From IMG/VR virus record IMGVR_UViG_3300025108_000363, positions 1 through 24,752 of that record: a stretch of DNA of 24,752 bases. One strand, written 5' to 3'. The DNA comes from a virus (taxonomy: Duplodnaviria > Caudoviricetes). Within the stretch, counting starts at the first letter, position 1, and each line of letters begins with the position of its first letter. A program made the position numbers and the translations under genes. A model generated the notes under the pieces. It made no database searches. It saw only the letters and a list, made by a program, of their open reading frames with translations, and was not told the DNA's origin. Below, one piece after another: positions 18,401 to 24,752 of the stretch.

Positions 18401-19974
18401 ATCCAGTAACTTCTGACGCACCTCCTCCTTTTGGTGTAGAGAAGAATGGTAATGTAACCATGCGCTCTTACCAGCTTACTGATTCTGCAGGCGCTGTTGT
18501 ATTTGACTCAGAAAACTTATTAGGCGGCCCAGTACTATCCCAGATTCAGACTTTAGTAGGAGGCTTTTCTGACACTGTTACTACTTCTGTGCATGCCTCT
18601 GGTTCTATCAAAGTAGAGCTAGGGCAAAGTCAGAACGTACAAATTGGTTTTGAGGTACCTCTCGGGAACCCTTATGTGAGTAACGTAACAACAAACACTA
18701 CTGACGCTATGAATGCGCTACCTTCAGCTATTAAAGTAAATGTTGAATATTCTACTAATAATGGGTCATCTTGGAGTTTATTTGGAGCTCAAACGTTCTC
18801 TCGACTATCTAGTACAAATCCCAATGCCTCCACAAGTGCTAGCCAGTATCTTGTTCACGGAGACTCTTATGATGCTCGCTCAGGAGGAACACGTCACGTA
18901 GCACATATTGTTAGTAACAAAGGGGCAGTGTCTTCTACTGGTAGCTTAACAGGGACTATAACAGGTTCCGGAAACTTAGGAGCAGGTACTTACTTATTTA
19001 GAATAGCTCAAGTTTCAGCGAGTTCAGGTAATTCAGGTATTGTATGGACTGCTGGCTCCTACACTGGAGGTTACACATATGCAAAGTATGGTACCGATTC
19101 TAACAATAATATCTCTACTGCGTATGCGAAAACCGCAGACAGAGTATACATTGTAGGCTCTAGTTCGTCGACAGGCGGTACAGCCGGCGAAGGCTATAGT
19201 ATTAATACAAATCTAAGTCAGCCTCATATTAAAGACTCTACTTTTACTGTAGAGTATATGCCTATTACGGGAGGTAGTTTTACAGGTTCAATAAACTGGG
19301 GAGCAGATACGGCAAGCATAGGTTATGGTAATTACGGTACAGGCACCGATATATTTTTCATGAATCTGGGTGATGATGCCACCAGTATGATACTAGGGTT
19401 AAATGGCAGTAGTTTAACTTTGGCGAATAACCTTAGCCCTCACCACCATTTTGACTCAAATGGAGATATTAGATTTTCGGGAGACTTAAAACAGCTTGAT
19501 GACGGTGATACTAAGATATCTTTCACCAACGACAAAATAACTTTTAAGGCGGGTAACGCCACGATGATGGAACTAGTCGAAGTCAGCACTGGGTATGACT
19601 ATGTTAGAATGGGAAATACTGGTGATGGCAATGATACTATTACGTTTAATTTATCAGCAGGCTCGGGTGTCTTTACAGGAAATGTAACAGCTTACTCGGA
19701 TATAAGTCTTAAAGAAAATATAGAAGTTATTGATAATGCCGTAGATAAAGTCAGTAAACTAAGAGGTGTTACTTTTGACCGAATCGACAAAGAAGATATT
19801 CCTAGACAAACAGGACTTATTGCTCAAGAGCTAGAAGAAGTATTACCAGAAGCTGTAGAGACTAGTGAACTAACCGGCATAAAGTCAGTAGCTTATGGTA
19901 ATGTTGTAGGCCTTTTAGTAGAAGCTATCAAAGAACTCAAAGAAGAAATCGAAGAGTTGAAAAGGAGTAAATAA
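12406..19974 (+). CDS. Giant central tail fibre / tip attachment protein (lambda gpJ-like) with FN3-like region, collagen-linked modules and C-terminal peptidase S74 chaperone
   Basis: gpJ motifs DVISEGPILGLVDG, YSNNPAWIYYD...NRYGLG, YCDGLVPDGKGGLEPRF, AFGCTSEGQATRYGKW and PGDIINIQD. C-terminal SDISLKENI...GLIAQELEEVLPEAV...LLVEAIKEL. Shine-Dalgarno AGGAG precedes the start. Confidence 0.92.
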   Translation: MRHGGNGWGGTGNSGNSNPGGTGTSSNNAATISTSAQDAQLVSITDVISEGPILGLVDGSASVFLNNDRIHEVSASGQRVSHGPMTITLTNGSTSATINNATSTTPLVVNASLGAQLLIRGGMLAETSVTSSYDTRHKVSLSTSSSTFTQTMVSALGQRARPDSLVPGRIKPTSSTSTPDGLPIEGFIWRRVSGTEALWRSGSFGDYNDFRLDDGTYKLELDKIVSINPGGANGSAITLASAWDGTSGTYRWDKISVVNMDISEVGTRASQRVQGGTVSFRPGTLNQTPMNNKASTAISRSISEQLEVGTPRFLVGSGNCGLTEAQLLEVDKVRWRITYPAGFKAISGKGNDKTTYIRYKISIAIKEEGDSDFGGFTVIRNPLTHSGNYTNSKTFESDLNLERFRPFIDFKLKIERLDTDDDPGFKSVGKTYKDWTNVTAGALAGVTSVLNEKLNHPYTAISNVSFSTKQYQGIPQRTYDLYGKMVRVPSNYVTREEATNGVASYNRNTSTGVITSNYQDWDGTFRDELVYSNNPAWIYYDIITNNRYGLGSFIKEVDIDKYALYRVARYCDGLVPDGKGGLEPRFTLNTYLTKAANSYKVLKDLATNFLGLLYYLDGQLYTSLDAPAAPVYTFNKTNVIDGTFSYESSSEKTRSNQIIVNWNDPTKDYKMEPLIVEDERNIVNTGRIVSETAVAFGCTSEGQATRYGKWKLWTAANQKEIASFSASLEGAFVAPGDIINIQDADRYAVRLGGRVSNTGTLSTTTIPLDSTVLLNSGSTYTLSLVYPKPAAFTREAVTIGGVSYEAGDLIHQAYVNGSLTVIDTKEKSVNAKVSASSGAEPLILDFNANVRTETKDVTSSQIGSSVTSITVTSAFTEAPTRESLWVLQETKTGLQVKGSKKEYKVLSISENSGNVYDITCIEHYDSKWTSVEEDFTTYIQGDLEPSLLSTDVVPPVENLIARSHGRDNGTAHETLLVSWDPPGAAQAYVRSSTGGRHNQTISEEYEYLLGYLVEHNLPEYENPMRVSRDTTELLFSDLVADDYTITVRTINALDNVSEATSVQATITDRFQDAIPRFPLGLPYGGKSNVAIKAINSNASDADYGLFELAKDVYIFTPAQSNGFGINQTSTADSTYKQDVSGIAETTAVLSSETGTFIDRHYYMSLNSAVSSDNLTLLKYNKTPTHLVPYWYDAGNGSDTSGLTNLTGSVSVSGSTVTGSGTSFESELVVGALLQTAFNTAAIVTSVVSDTAVYIDRVLPTVSGVTGKTNNHRFDFDNETIIAKIYATDNGTTNKVFSLEPYMTLDANVQAQQGVTRTLFKRVVNNGAAGTINTTAGTFDDPANGAATGWQLANPGLQANGDIIYAINRIFTNDGLPPQEASWSAASIVARRQDGAAGNNAKVVSLRASQSVIEYAANGTTSSGQTITLTAESKNFDNAYFRFTADDSSFTTVDWVDGATANSKTATYNIPTSYSSDPITFTVEVKDGNSGSLEATDVLTIPSIKPGVNGNPGAPGNPGDPGDPGDPGDDGQDALTVVMSNEAHAVPRSSTTSNPDFTGSGNTIRVFEGITELDHDNAGTTASHYKVVTTGSTNITPGGLTGESSAVLSATFGNHSNMTAATALVKYTITGKRADGTAFSIVRFQSLTRTTDGAPGTPATDEKTVIVYKKYAAGVTAPTAITFTSGNNATNQTHSNPTNGLDGWTVAYPSISVEGDRVYSGQRTFTLTGGDSAWTFNGKVAEINTGPRTATVQLHYSASASAPPAKPTTANTHTFNFATSTFGTIKTGWQHGAPTYASGNSNKYYYSFATITESSFGGSQTITFGNTTQAIGFSGLVTFTSAGVLGDGNSSITPLTTHQDVSSFMEAADVANHIGGANTSTIDGGKINAGSSVTVGTTGTNRAGLSGVGNNETDIRVFSGASFANRGTAPFRVTQAGEFRSSTGIIGGFTFGDDAMTTSQDTILRLGSDLGNNIDQSVTLSSRAEDDYVIYAGHAPTDNDPVTSDAPPPFGVEKNGNVTMRSYQLTDSAGAVVFDSENLLGGPVLSQIQTLVGGFSDTVTTSVHASGSIKVELGQSQNVQIGFEVPLGNPYVSNVTTNTTDAMNALPSAIKVNVEYSTNNGSSWSLFGAQTFSRLSSTNPNASTSASQYLVHGDSYDARSGGTRHVAHIVSNKGAVSSTGSLTGTITGSGNLGAGTYLFRIAQVSASSGNSGIVWTAGSYTGGYTYAKYGTDSNNNISTAYAKTADRVYIVGSSSSTGGTAGEGYSINTNLSQPHIKDSTFTVEYMPITGGSFTGSINWGADTASIGYGNYGTGTDIFFMNLGDDATSMILGLNGSSLTLANNLSPHHHFDSNGDIRFSGDLKQLDDGDTKISFTNDKITFKAGNATMMELVEVSTGYDYVRMGNTGDGNDTITFNLSAGSGVFTGNVTAYSDISLKENIEVIDNAVDKVSKLRGVTFDRIDKEDIPRQTGLIAQELEEVLPEAVETSELTGIKSVAYGNVVGLLVEAIKELKEEIEELKRSK
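16921..17001 (+). repeat. Collagen-like (Gly-X-Y)9 coding repeat containing four perfect ACCCAGGAG tandem copies (16952-16987)
   Basis: Encodes GVNGNPGAPGNPGDPGDPGDPGDDGQD; the 9-nt tandem unit is read directly from the sequence. Confidence 0.92.
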
Positions 19975-20591
19975 TGGCACTACCGGCGGCAGGGAATAGT
20001 TTATCTTTAAACCAAATTCATATAGAGGCAGGAGGTACTTCTGGTACCACTTGCTCTCTAAATGATAGTGACATTAGAGGATTAACACCAGGAGGAGGAA
20101 ACACTATTCCTACGGGTAATGAGACTACGATTGATATCGGTGATTTTTATGAGGCTTCTAGTACCAACGCCAATGTTCACACATTAGTAGCAGGTTTTCA
20201 GCAAACTAGTTTCATTCCTCGAAGCGGCTCAGGTACATATACAAACTATTATGGGTATATGCCTTTTTATGGTTCACCAACGTCTCAAAACGGGAGTTTA
20301 ACTCCTACAGCTTTTGCAAAGAAAAATAATGATACTATTTTGGCAATTTACAAGAATACAAGCACCAATAATACGGGTATACATAATAAAGTATTCTTAA
20401 GAGTAGATGGTCCACAGACTAATGCTGGATGGACTTCTATGAATGTGTTTGTTTCTGGTGTCTTAAACGTGACTTTTTATAGGACTGCTGCGCAACAGTT
20501 TGTCAGTGGTAGTAATTACTCATATTGGAAGTGGGCTTATACTGGTTCAATATTTTCTAACAACGTTAGTCATATAATTACATTTGCATAG
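19974..20591 (+). CDS. Putative fibre-tip adhesin / receptor-binding protein
   Basis: TAATG-coupled to the S74-terminated fibre. The N-terminus MALPAAGNSLSLNQIHIEAGG...IDIGDFY is of a type often seen downstream of S74 fibres. The C-terminal domain is aromatic-rich and beta-like. Confidence 0.6.
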   Translation: MALPAAGNSLSLNQIHIEAGGTSGTTCSLNDSDIRGLTPGGGNTIPTGNETTIDIGDFYEASSTNANVHTLVAGFQQTSFIPRSGSGTYTNYYGYMPFYGSPTSQNGSLTPTAFAKKNNDTILAIYKNTSTNNTGIHNKVFLRVDGPQTNAGWTSMNVFVSGVLNVTFYRTAAQQFVSGSNYSYWKWAYTGSIFSNNVSHIITFA

Positions 20592-20600
20592 GAGAATATA

Positions 20601-20840
20601 ATGATTGAATATACAACAAAAACAGATGAGTCGGTATTGTTTGCCTGTTTCACAAAAGATAACATAAGCCTGGAAGTACCCCTAACAGATATCGCAGAAG
20701 AGGATATACAAGCGTATTTAGAGGCTCAACTAGATATGGCAAAAGACGTACAAGCAGAAGATTATTATTTTTTAGAGGCGCAGAATCAAGAAGAAGGGTG
20801 GTGGTGGAACGGCCCCGATGATGAAGTACACTGGGAATAA
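20601..20840 (+). CDS. Small acidic hypothetical protein (possible fibre or adhesin assembly chaperone)
   Basis: AGGAG Shine-Dalgarno upstream; 79 aa, very Asp/Glu-rich; last gene before the next promoter. Function is inferred from position only. Confidence 0.6.
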   Translation: MIEYTTKTDESVLFACFTKDNISLEVPLTDIAEEDIQAYLEAQLDMAKDVQAEDYYFLEAQNQEEGWWWNGPDDEVHWE

Positions 20841-20845
20841 CCATG

Positions 20846-20887
20846 AAAAAAATAATTCTTGACATAACACCCCAAGTTAGCTATAAT
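20846..20887 (+). promoter_or_regulatory. Consensus sigma70 promoter with UP element
   Basis: AAAAAAATAATTC, then TTGACA (20859-20864), a 17 nt spacer and TATAAT (20882-20887), followed by GGAGG and ATG 20908. Confidence 0.92.
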
Positions 20888-20907
20888 TCTGTAATGGAGG
20901 AAATCAA

Positions 20908-21246
20908 ATGAGTGCAGCCCGCTACAACCTAGTTATTGACCAAGGTTCCGACTTTGCCATTAACTTTACTGTTAAAGACAACGGATCAGTTAAAGACCTG
21001 ACAGGCTACTCTGCGCGTGCTCAAATGAGAACTTCAAAGACAGCTTCCTCAGTCGCGGCTACTTTTGCGTGTGCTATTATCACTCCTTCAAATGGAACAA
21101 TTACAATGTCTTTAGCAAATTCAGTAAGCACCCCCTTAACCTCAGGCACTTATGTTTATGATTTAGAAATCTTCACAGCGAACAATGCCAGCGTAACTAG
21201 GCTAATTCAAGGGTCTGTAGACCTCACTCAAGAGGTTACTCGATAA
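20908..21246 (+). CDS. Side-fibre attachment / collar protein (T5 p132 / LtfC / BppU-N-like beta sandwich)
   Basis: YNLVIDQGSDF...DLTGYSARAQMR...GTITMSL...YVYDLEI...RLIQG pattern. Confidence 0.7.
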   Translation: MSAARYNLVIDQGSDFAINFTVKDNGSVKDLTGYSARAQMRTSKTASSVAATFACAIITPSNGTITMSLANSVSTPLTSGTYVYDLEIFTANNASVTRLIQGSVDLTQEVTR

Positions 21247-21611
21247 TGGCAATTACAATTACGGCAACGCCTATACAGAATGGTATCGAAGTTACTGGAG
21301 GAAGTACAACTATTACCGCAGCAGGTGTTGCACTTGCTAACACTTCCGCAGATGGTATGGGTATTACTAGCATATCAGGTTTAAGTGCTACAAACGTACA
21401 AGATGCCATTGAAGAGCTTGCAGGACAAAATTTTCAACAAGATAACACACCAACAGGGTCTCAAGTAAACGAAGGAGATACATGGTACGATACGGACGAC
21501 AATCAATATAAAATATATCGCGAAACAAGCAATGGAGTATATCAGTGGGTACCTATAATTGTAGGTTCAGCTGAAGACGATTCAGATACGCTTGACGCAG
21601 GAGCCTTTTAA
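21246..21611 (+). CDS. Short fibre adaptor protein
   Basis: ATNVQDAIEEL coiled motif, TPTGSQVNEGDTWYDTDDNQYKIY knob motif and C-terminal LDAGAF. TAATG-coupled to the previous gene. Confidence 0.6.
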   Translation: MAITITATPIQNGIEVTGGSTTITAAGVALANTSADGMGITSISGLSATNVQDAIEELAGQNFQQDNTPTGSQVNEGDTWYDTDDNQYKIYRETSNGVYQWVPIIVGSAEDDSDTLDAGAF

Positions 21612-21632
21612 GGCTAATCCCGGAGACTTTAA

Positions 21633-22793
21633 ATGGCTCAAACAATTCAAATCAAACGTAGTACATCTACTGCGACACCCAGCAGTCTTACAGCAGGCGA
21701 GCTAGCGTATTCAGGCAAGTCAGATAGTAACAAACTATTTATTGGACACCCTGACGGCACTACAGGCCCTGTTGCTATCGGTGGTCAATACTATACTGGT
21801 GTTATTGATAGTGCGGCAAGCGCTAATACTGCTAGTAAGCTCGTATTACGAGATGGTTCAGGAAATTTTTCCGCAGGCACAATCACAGCAGCTTTAACTG
21901 GTAATGTAACTGGTGATCTAACAGGTAACGCTGATACTGCTACTACTCTTGAGACTGCACGTACAATCGGTGGAGTGTCATTTGACGGTTCTGCTAATAT
22001 TAACCTTCCCGGTGTTAATGCATCAGGTAATCAGAATACTTCTGGAAACGCTGCAACCGCCACAGCTCTTGCGAGTGGCAGAACGATTGCAATCACAGGG
22101 GACTTAGGGTATACTTCTCCTAGCTTTGACGGCTCTGGTAATGTTACAGCACAAGGTACTCTTGCCACTGTGAACAGTAATACTGGCTCTTTCGGTTCTG
22201 CTACTGCTATTCCAGCAATCACTGTAAATGGAAAAGGTCTTATTACCGCGGTTAGTACTAATAATATTTCTTCTAGTTTTACTCTAGCGGCTGACAGCGG
22301 TACTAGTGATACTTTCAATAATGGTGAAACTCTTACCTTAGAAGGTGGAACCGGTGTTACTTCTACCGTTAGCAATAATAAAGTTAGTTTTGCAATCGGA
22401 CAGGCAGTTGCTACCAACTCTAATGTACAGTTCAATAATGTTACTGTTGATGGTACTCTAGCTTCTGATGACATTACTTCTACAAATATCTCGGTTGCTG
22501 GTAATGCTACAATTACGGGCAATCTTACAGTTGAAGGCACTACAACTACTGTTGACTCTACTACTGTTGCCATTGGTGATAACATCTTGGTACTTAACAA
22601 AGATGAGTCAGGAACACCTTCTGCAAATGCTGGTATCGAAGTTGAACGAGGAACTGCGACAAATGTATCGCTTCTTTGGAATGAAACAAACGATAACTGG
22701 ACTGTGAGCAATGGAAGTGCAACTTCCGTAATATTAACTGCCGCAAACTTTGGAAGCACTTATACAGGTGCAATTGATGGCGGATCATTCTAA
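21633..22793 (+). CDS. Side tail fibre protein (Mtd-N-like N-terminus, fibre shaft repeats)
   Basis: MAQTIQIKRS...LTAGELAY N-terminus, two GNA.TAT.L...RTI...SFDGS.N repeats, GNLTVEGTTTTVDS and AGIEVERG fibre motifs, and C-terminal IDGGSF. Confidence 0.78.
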   Translation: MAQTIQIKRSTSTATPSSLTAGELAYSGKSDSNKLFIGHPDGTTGPVAIGGQYYTGVIDSAASANTASKLVLRDGSGNFSAGTITAALTGNVTGDLTGNADTATTLETARTIGGVSFDGSANINLPGVNASGNQNTSGNAATATALASGRTIAITGDLGYTSPSFDGSGNVTAQGTLATVNSNTGSFGSATAIPAITVNGKGLITAVSTNNISSSFTLAADSGTSDTFNNGETLTLEGGTGVTSTVSNNKVSFAIGQAVATNSNVQFNNVTVDGTLASDDITSTNISVAGNATITGNLTVEGTTTTVDSTTVAIGDNILVLNKDESGTPSANAGIEVERGTATNVSLLWNETNDNWTVSNGSATSVILTAANFGSTYTGAIDGGSF

Positions 22794-22840
22794 ATAAAAC
22801 CGAATCTCTAGCGTACATACGCAGATTATAGGAGAGCCAA

Positions 22841-23071
22841 ATGGCACAAACGATTAAACTAAAGCGTTCGTCTACAGCGGGCGCTATCCCTACTTCTGGA
22901 CAACTGGAGTTAGGCGAAGTTGCTATCAATACTGCGGATGGTCGTATGTATATGAAAGACGGAGCCAACTCTATTGTATGGGTAAATAAAACTTCTGAAA
23001 TTACAGGAACCACTCCTCAAGCATCGGACGGAACAGACAAGCCCGTAGGTTATGTTTGGTATGTAGTCTAA
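22841..23071 (+). CDS. Mini fibre connector (Mtd-N-like domain plus short C-terminal GYVWY motif)
   Basis: MAQTIKLKRSSTAGAIPTSGQLELGEVAINTADGRMYMK is paralogous to the N-terminus of 21633..22793. AGGAG Shine-Dalgarno upstream. Confidence 0.75.
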   Translation: MAQTIKLKRSSTAGAIPTSGQLELGEVAINTADGRMYMKDGANSIVWVNKTSEITGTTPQASDGTDKPVGYVWYVV

Positions 23072-23072
23072 G

Positions 23073-24752
23073 ATGACTATTAAGGTTTGGAACGGTTCCG
23101 CAGTACAAGAACCAGAGCAAATAGTAGTTAAAGCTGCAGCGGGAACGTTGCGGTTTGTAAACTATGTCGTACAGAAAGTTACAGATGGAAGTCTGAACAC
23201 TGTATGGAATGCTATCTATAATACAAGCCGATCTACTGATACTTCTAGAAGTTCTACAACTACTTTTACTACTACTTTCGATACTAGTGCATCTACGAAT
23301 GTCAGTACTACTACTGGATTCGATACAATTAGAGGGACTTCAAGAAGCACAAGCAGTACATTTACTACTGCATACAATACTTCTGCTGTTACCTCTAAAT
23401 CTACCACGACTGCTTATAGTACCACATTTGGTACAAGTGCTAGTACGACTACAACATACGTAAGTAACTTTGATACGACTCGTGGCACCACTGTGGACAC
23501 TACCACAGCCTTCAATACTACTTTTGCGACTTCTAGAGATACGACTACCGAGTATACGACTACCTTTGACACTGCTACGAGTAAGTCAACGACTACCTCG
23601 TTTACAACAACTTTTGAAACGACTCGTGGCACTGCGGTAGATACTACTACTACATTTACTACTACTTTTGCAACTAGCAAAACAACTAATACAGTATTTA
23701 CTACTACGTTCAATACTACGACTACTCGTAGTACCACTACTGCGTATACTACAACTTTCAATACGAGCACAACTACTTTACGAAACACCACGACTACGTA
23801 CACTACTAGCTTTAACACTAGTAAAACTACTACGACTACGTTTCCCACTGAATTTGCAACAGGTACAAGCAGAGATACCACAACCACGTATACTACTACG
23901 TTTAATACTACTAGATCTACTACAATAGATACTACTACTGCTTATACTACTACGTTTAATACTACTCGATCTACAACGATAGATACGACTACTACGTTTA
24001 ATACTACGACTACTCGCAGTACTACAACTACGTATACCACCACTTTTAATACTTCGAGAGGTACTTCTAAGTCTACCACTGTAAGTACTACTACAACTTT
24101 TAGTACTTCTCGAAGCACTAGTAGAGATACTACTACTGTGTTTAATACGCAGACTTCTAGAGGCACAAGCAAAGATACTACTACAACTTTTAATACTTCT
24201 AGAGGCACTAGCAGAGGCACAAGCAGGTCCACTACTACTACATTTCTAACAGGAACCTCACGCAGTACAACAACAGCTTTTATTACTGCTACAAGCAGAT
24301 CCACCTCTAAAGATACAACTTCCGTTTACAACACGAGCAGAGGGACTTCTAGAGTTACGGATAAAGCTACTACTACTGCTTTTGCCACAGGTACTAGCAG
24401 ATCTACCACGACCGCCTTTGCCACTTCAAGAGGTACAAGTCGTGGTACAAGTCGTGGAACAACTACCGTATTCGGAACAGCTACAAGCCGAGGCACTACT
24501 ACAGCCTTTAATACGACTACTACCTTTACTACAAGCCGTGCGTCCAACACCGTATACACTACAACCAGAGGCACAGGCACTTCTAGATCTACGACTACTA
24601 CTTTTGCTACTGCTACAAGTCGAGGCACTGGAGAGAGTAGAAGCACGACTACTACATTTAACACAAGTAGGGGTACAACTTTTGGTACAACTACTGTATT
24701 CGGAACCGCAACGTCTAGAGGAACAGGAGAGTCTAGAGGTACTACCACAAGT
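23073..24752 (+). CDS. Thr-rich repetitive putative fibre protein, at least 560 aa, 3'-truncated (absent from the ORF track)
   Basis: ATG 23073 is 1 nt after the previous stop and the frame is open to the window end: MTIKVWNGSAVQEPEQIVVKAAAGTLRFVNYVVQKVTDGSLNTVWNAIYNTSRSTDTSRSSTTTFTTTFDT...TTTFNTSRGTSRGTSRSTTTTF... Confidence 0.88.
   Translation, partial: MTIKVWNGSAVQEPEQIVVKAAAGTLRFVNYVVQKVTDGSLNTVWNAIYNTSRSTDTSRSSTTTFTTTFDTSASTNVSTTTGFDTIRGTSRSTSSTFTTAYNTSAVTSKSTTTAYSTTFGTSASTTTTYVSNFDTTRGTTVDTTTAFNTTFATSRDTTTEYTTTFDTATSKSTTTSFTTTFETTRGTAVDTTTTFTTTFATSKTTNTVFTTTFNTTTTRSTTTAYTTTFNTSTTTLRNTTTTYTTSFNTSKTTTTTFPTEFATGTSRDTTTTYTTTFNTTRSTTIDTTTAYTTTFNTTRSTTIDTTTTFNTTTTRSTTTTYTTTFNTSRGTSKSTTVSTTTTFSTSRSTSRDTTTVFNTQTSRGTSKDTTTTFNTSRGTSRGTSRSTTTTFLTGTSRSTTTAFITATSRSTSKDTTSVYNTSRGTSRVTDKATTTAFATGTSRSTTTAFATSRGTSRGTSRGTTTVFGTATSRGTTTAFNTTTTFTTSRASNTVYTTTRGTGTSRSTTTTFATATSRGTGESRSTTTTFNTSRGTTFGTTTVFGTATSRGTGESRGTTTS
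23889..23996 (+). repeat. Near-identical 54-nt tandem duplication (YTTTFNTTRSTTIDTTTA/T x2) within the Thr-rich gene
   Basis: TATACTACTACGTTTAATACTACT(A/C)GATCTAC... occurs at 23889 and 23943, with mostly synonymous differences. Confidence 0.8.

Noticed and set aside
189-22759. Antisense and nested short ORFs (e.g. 296..709, 6584..7072, 14409..14699, 22031..22759, 4963..5148, 5858..6043)
   Set aside because: They lie within well-supported plus-strand genes, show no recognisable motifs, and are expected from codon bias.
21633-23071. Diversity-generating retroelement suggested by Mtd-N-like domains
   Set aside because: No reverse transcriptase, no adenine-mismatched TR/VR repeat pair and no C-type lectin domain were seen in the window.
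23209-24748. Val-rich minus-strand ORFs and Leu-rich alternative plus-frame ORFs in the ORF track
   Set aside because: They are shadows of the ACN Thr-codon runs of the real ORF starting at 23073. They have no evident RBS and fragment arbitrarily.
23220-24752. CRISPR array or non-coding satellite
   Set aside because: There is no constant repeat with unique spacers. Variation is concentrated at third codon positions, as expected for a coding repeat.
1-24752. Alternative genetic code, introns or inteins
   Set aside because: All expected genes are intact under the standard code with tight TAATG/ATGA coupling. I recognised no homing endonuclease or splicing motifs.

Overview
The window is a contiguous, all-plus-strand virion morphogenesis region of a tailed dsDNA phage (siphovirus). 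Family assignments come from recognised motifs and gene order, not database searches. The head, neck, tail-tube and chaperone genes are T5-like: prohead protease C-terminus, major capsid protein, and p144-, p143-, p142- and pb6-like proteins. After the tape measure gene the tail tip switches to a lambda-like M-L-K-I-J set. The J-like protein is 2522 aa and ends in a peptidase S74 chaperone domain, followed by a probable tip adhesin. A second sigma70-type promoter drives a side-fibre operon ending in a Thr-rich repeat protein of at least 560 aa that the ORF track misses. The most unusual signals are: (1) the protease reads in frame into the capsid protein through a linker that can fold as a multi-stem RNA ending at an internal Shine-Dalgarno; (2) a strong promoter sits directly upstream of an intrinsic terminator; (3) a -1 frameshift signal joins the two tail chaperone ORFs; (4) the fibre proteins show matching C-terminal D-G/A-G-x-F and N-terminal MAQTIxxKRS ends; (5) the Thr-rich protein keeps a two-residue register over about 500 aa. 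No tRNA, rRNA, CRISPR or mobile element was recognised.
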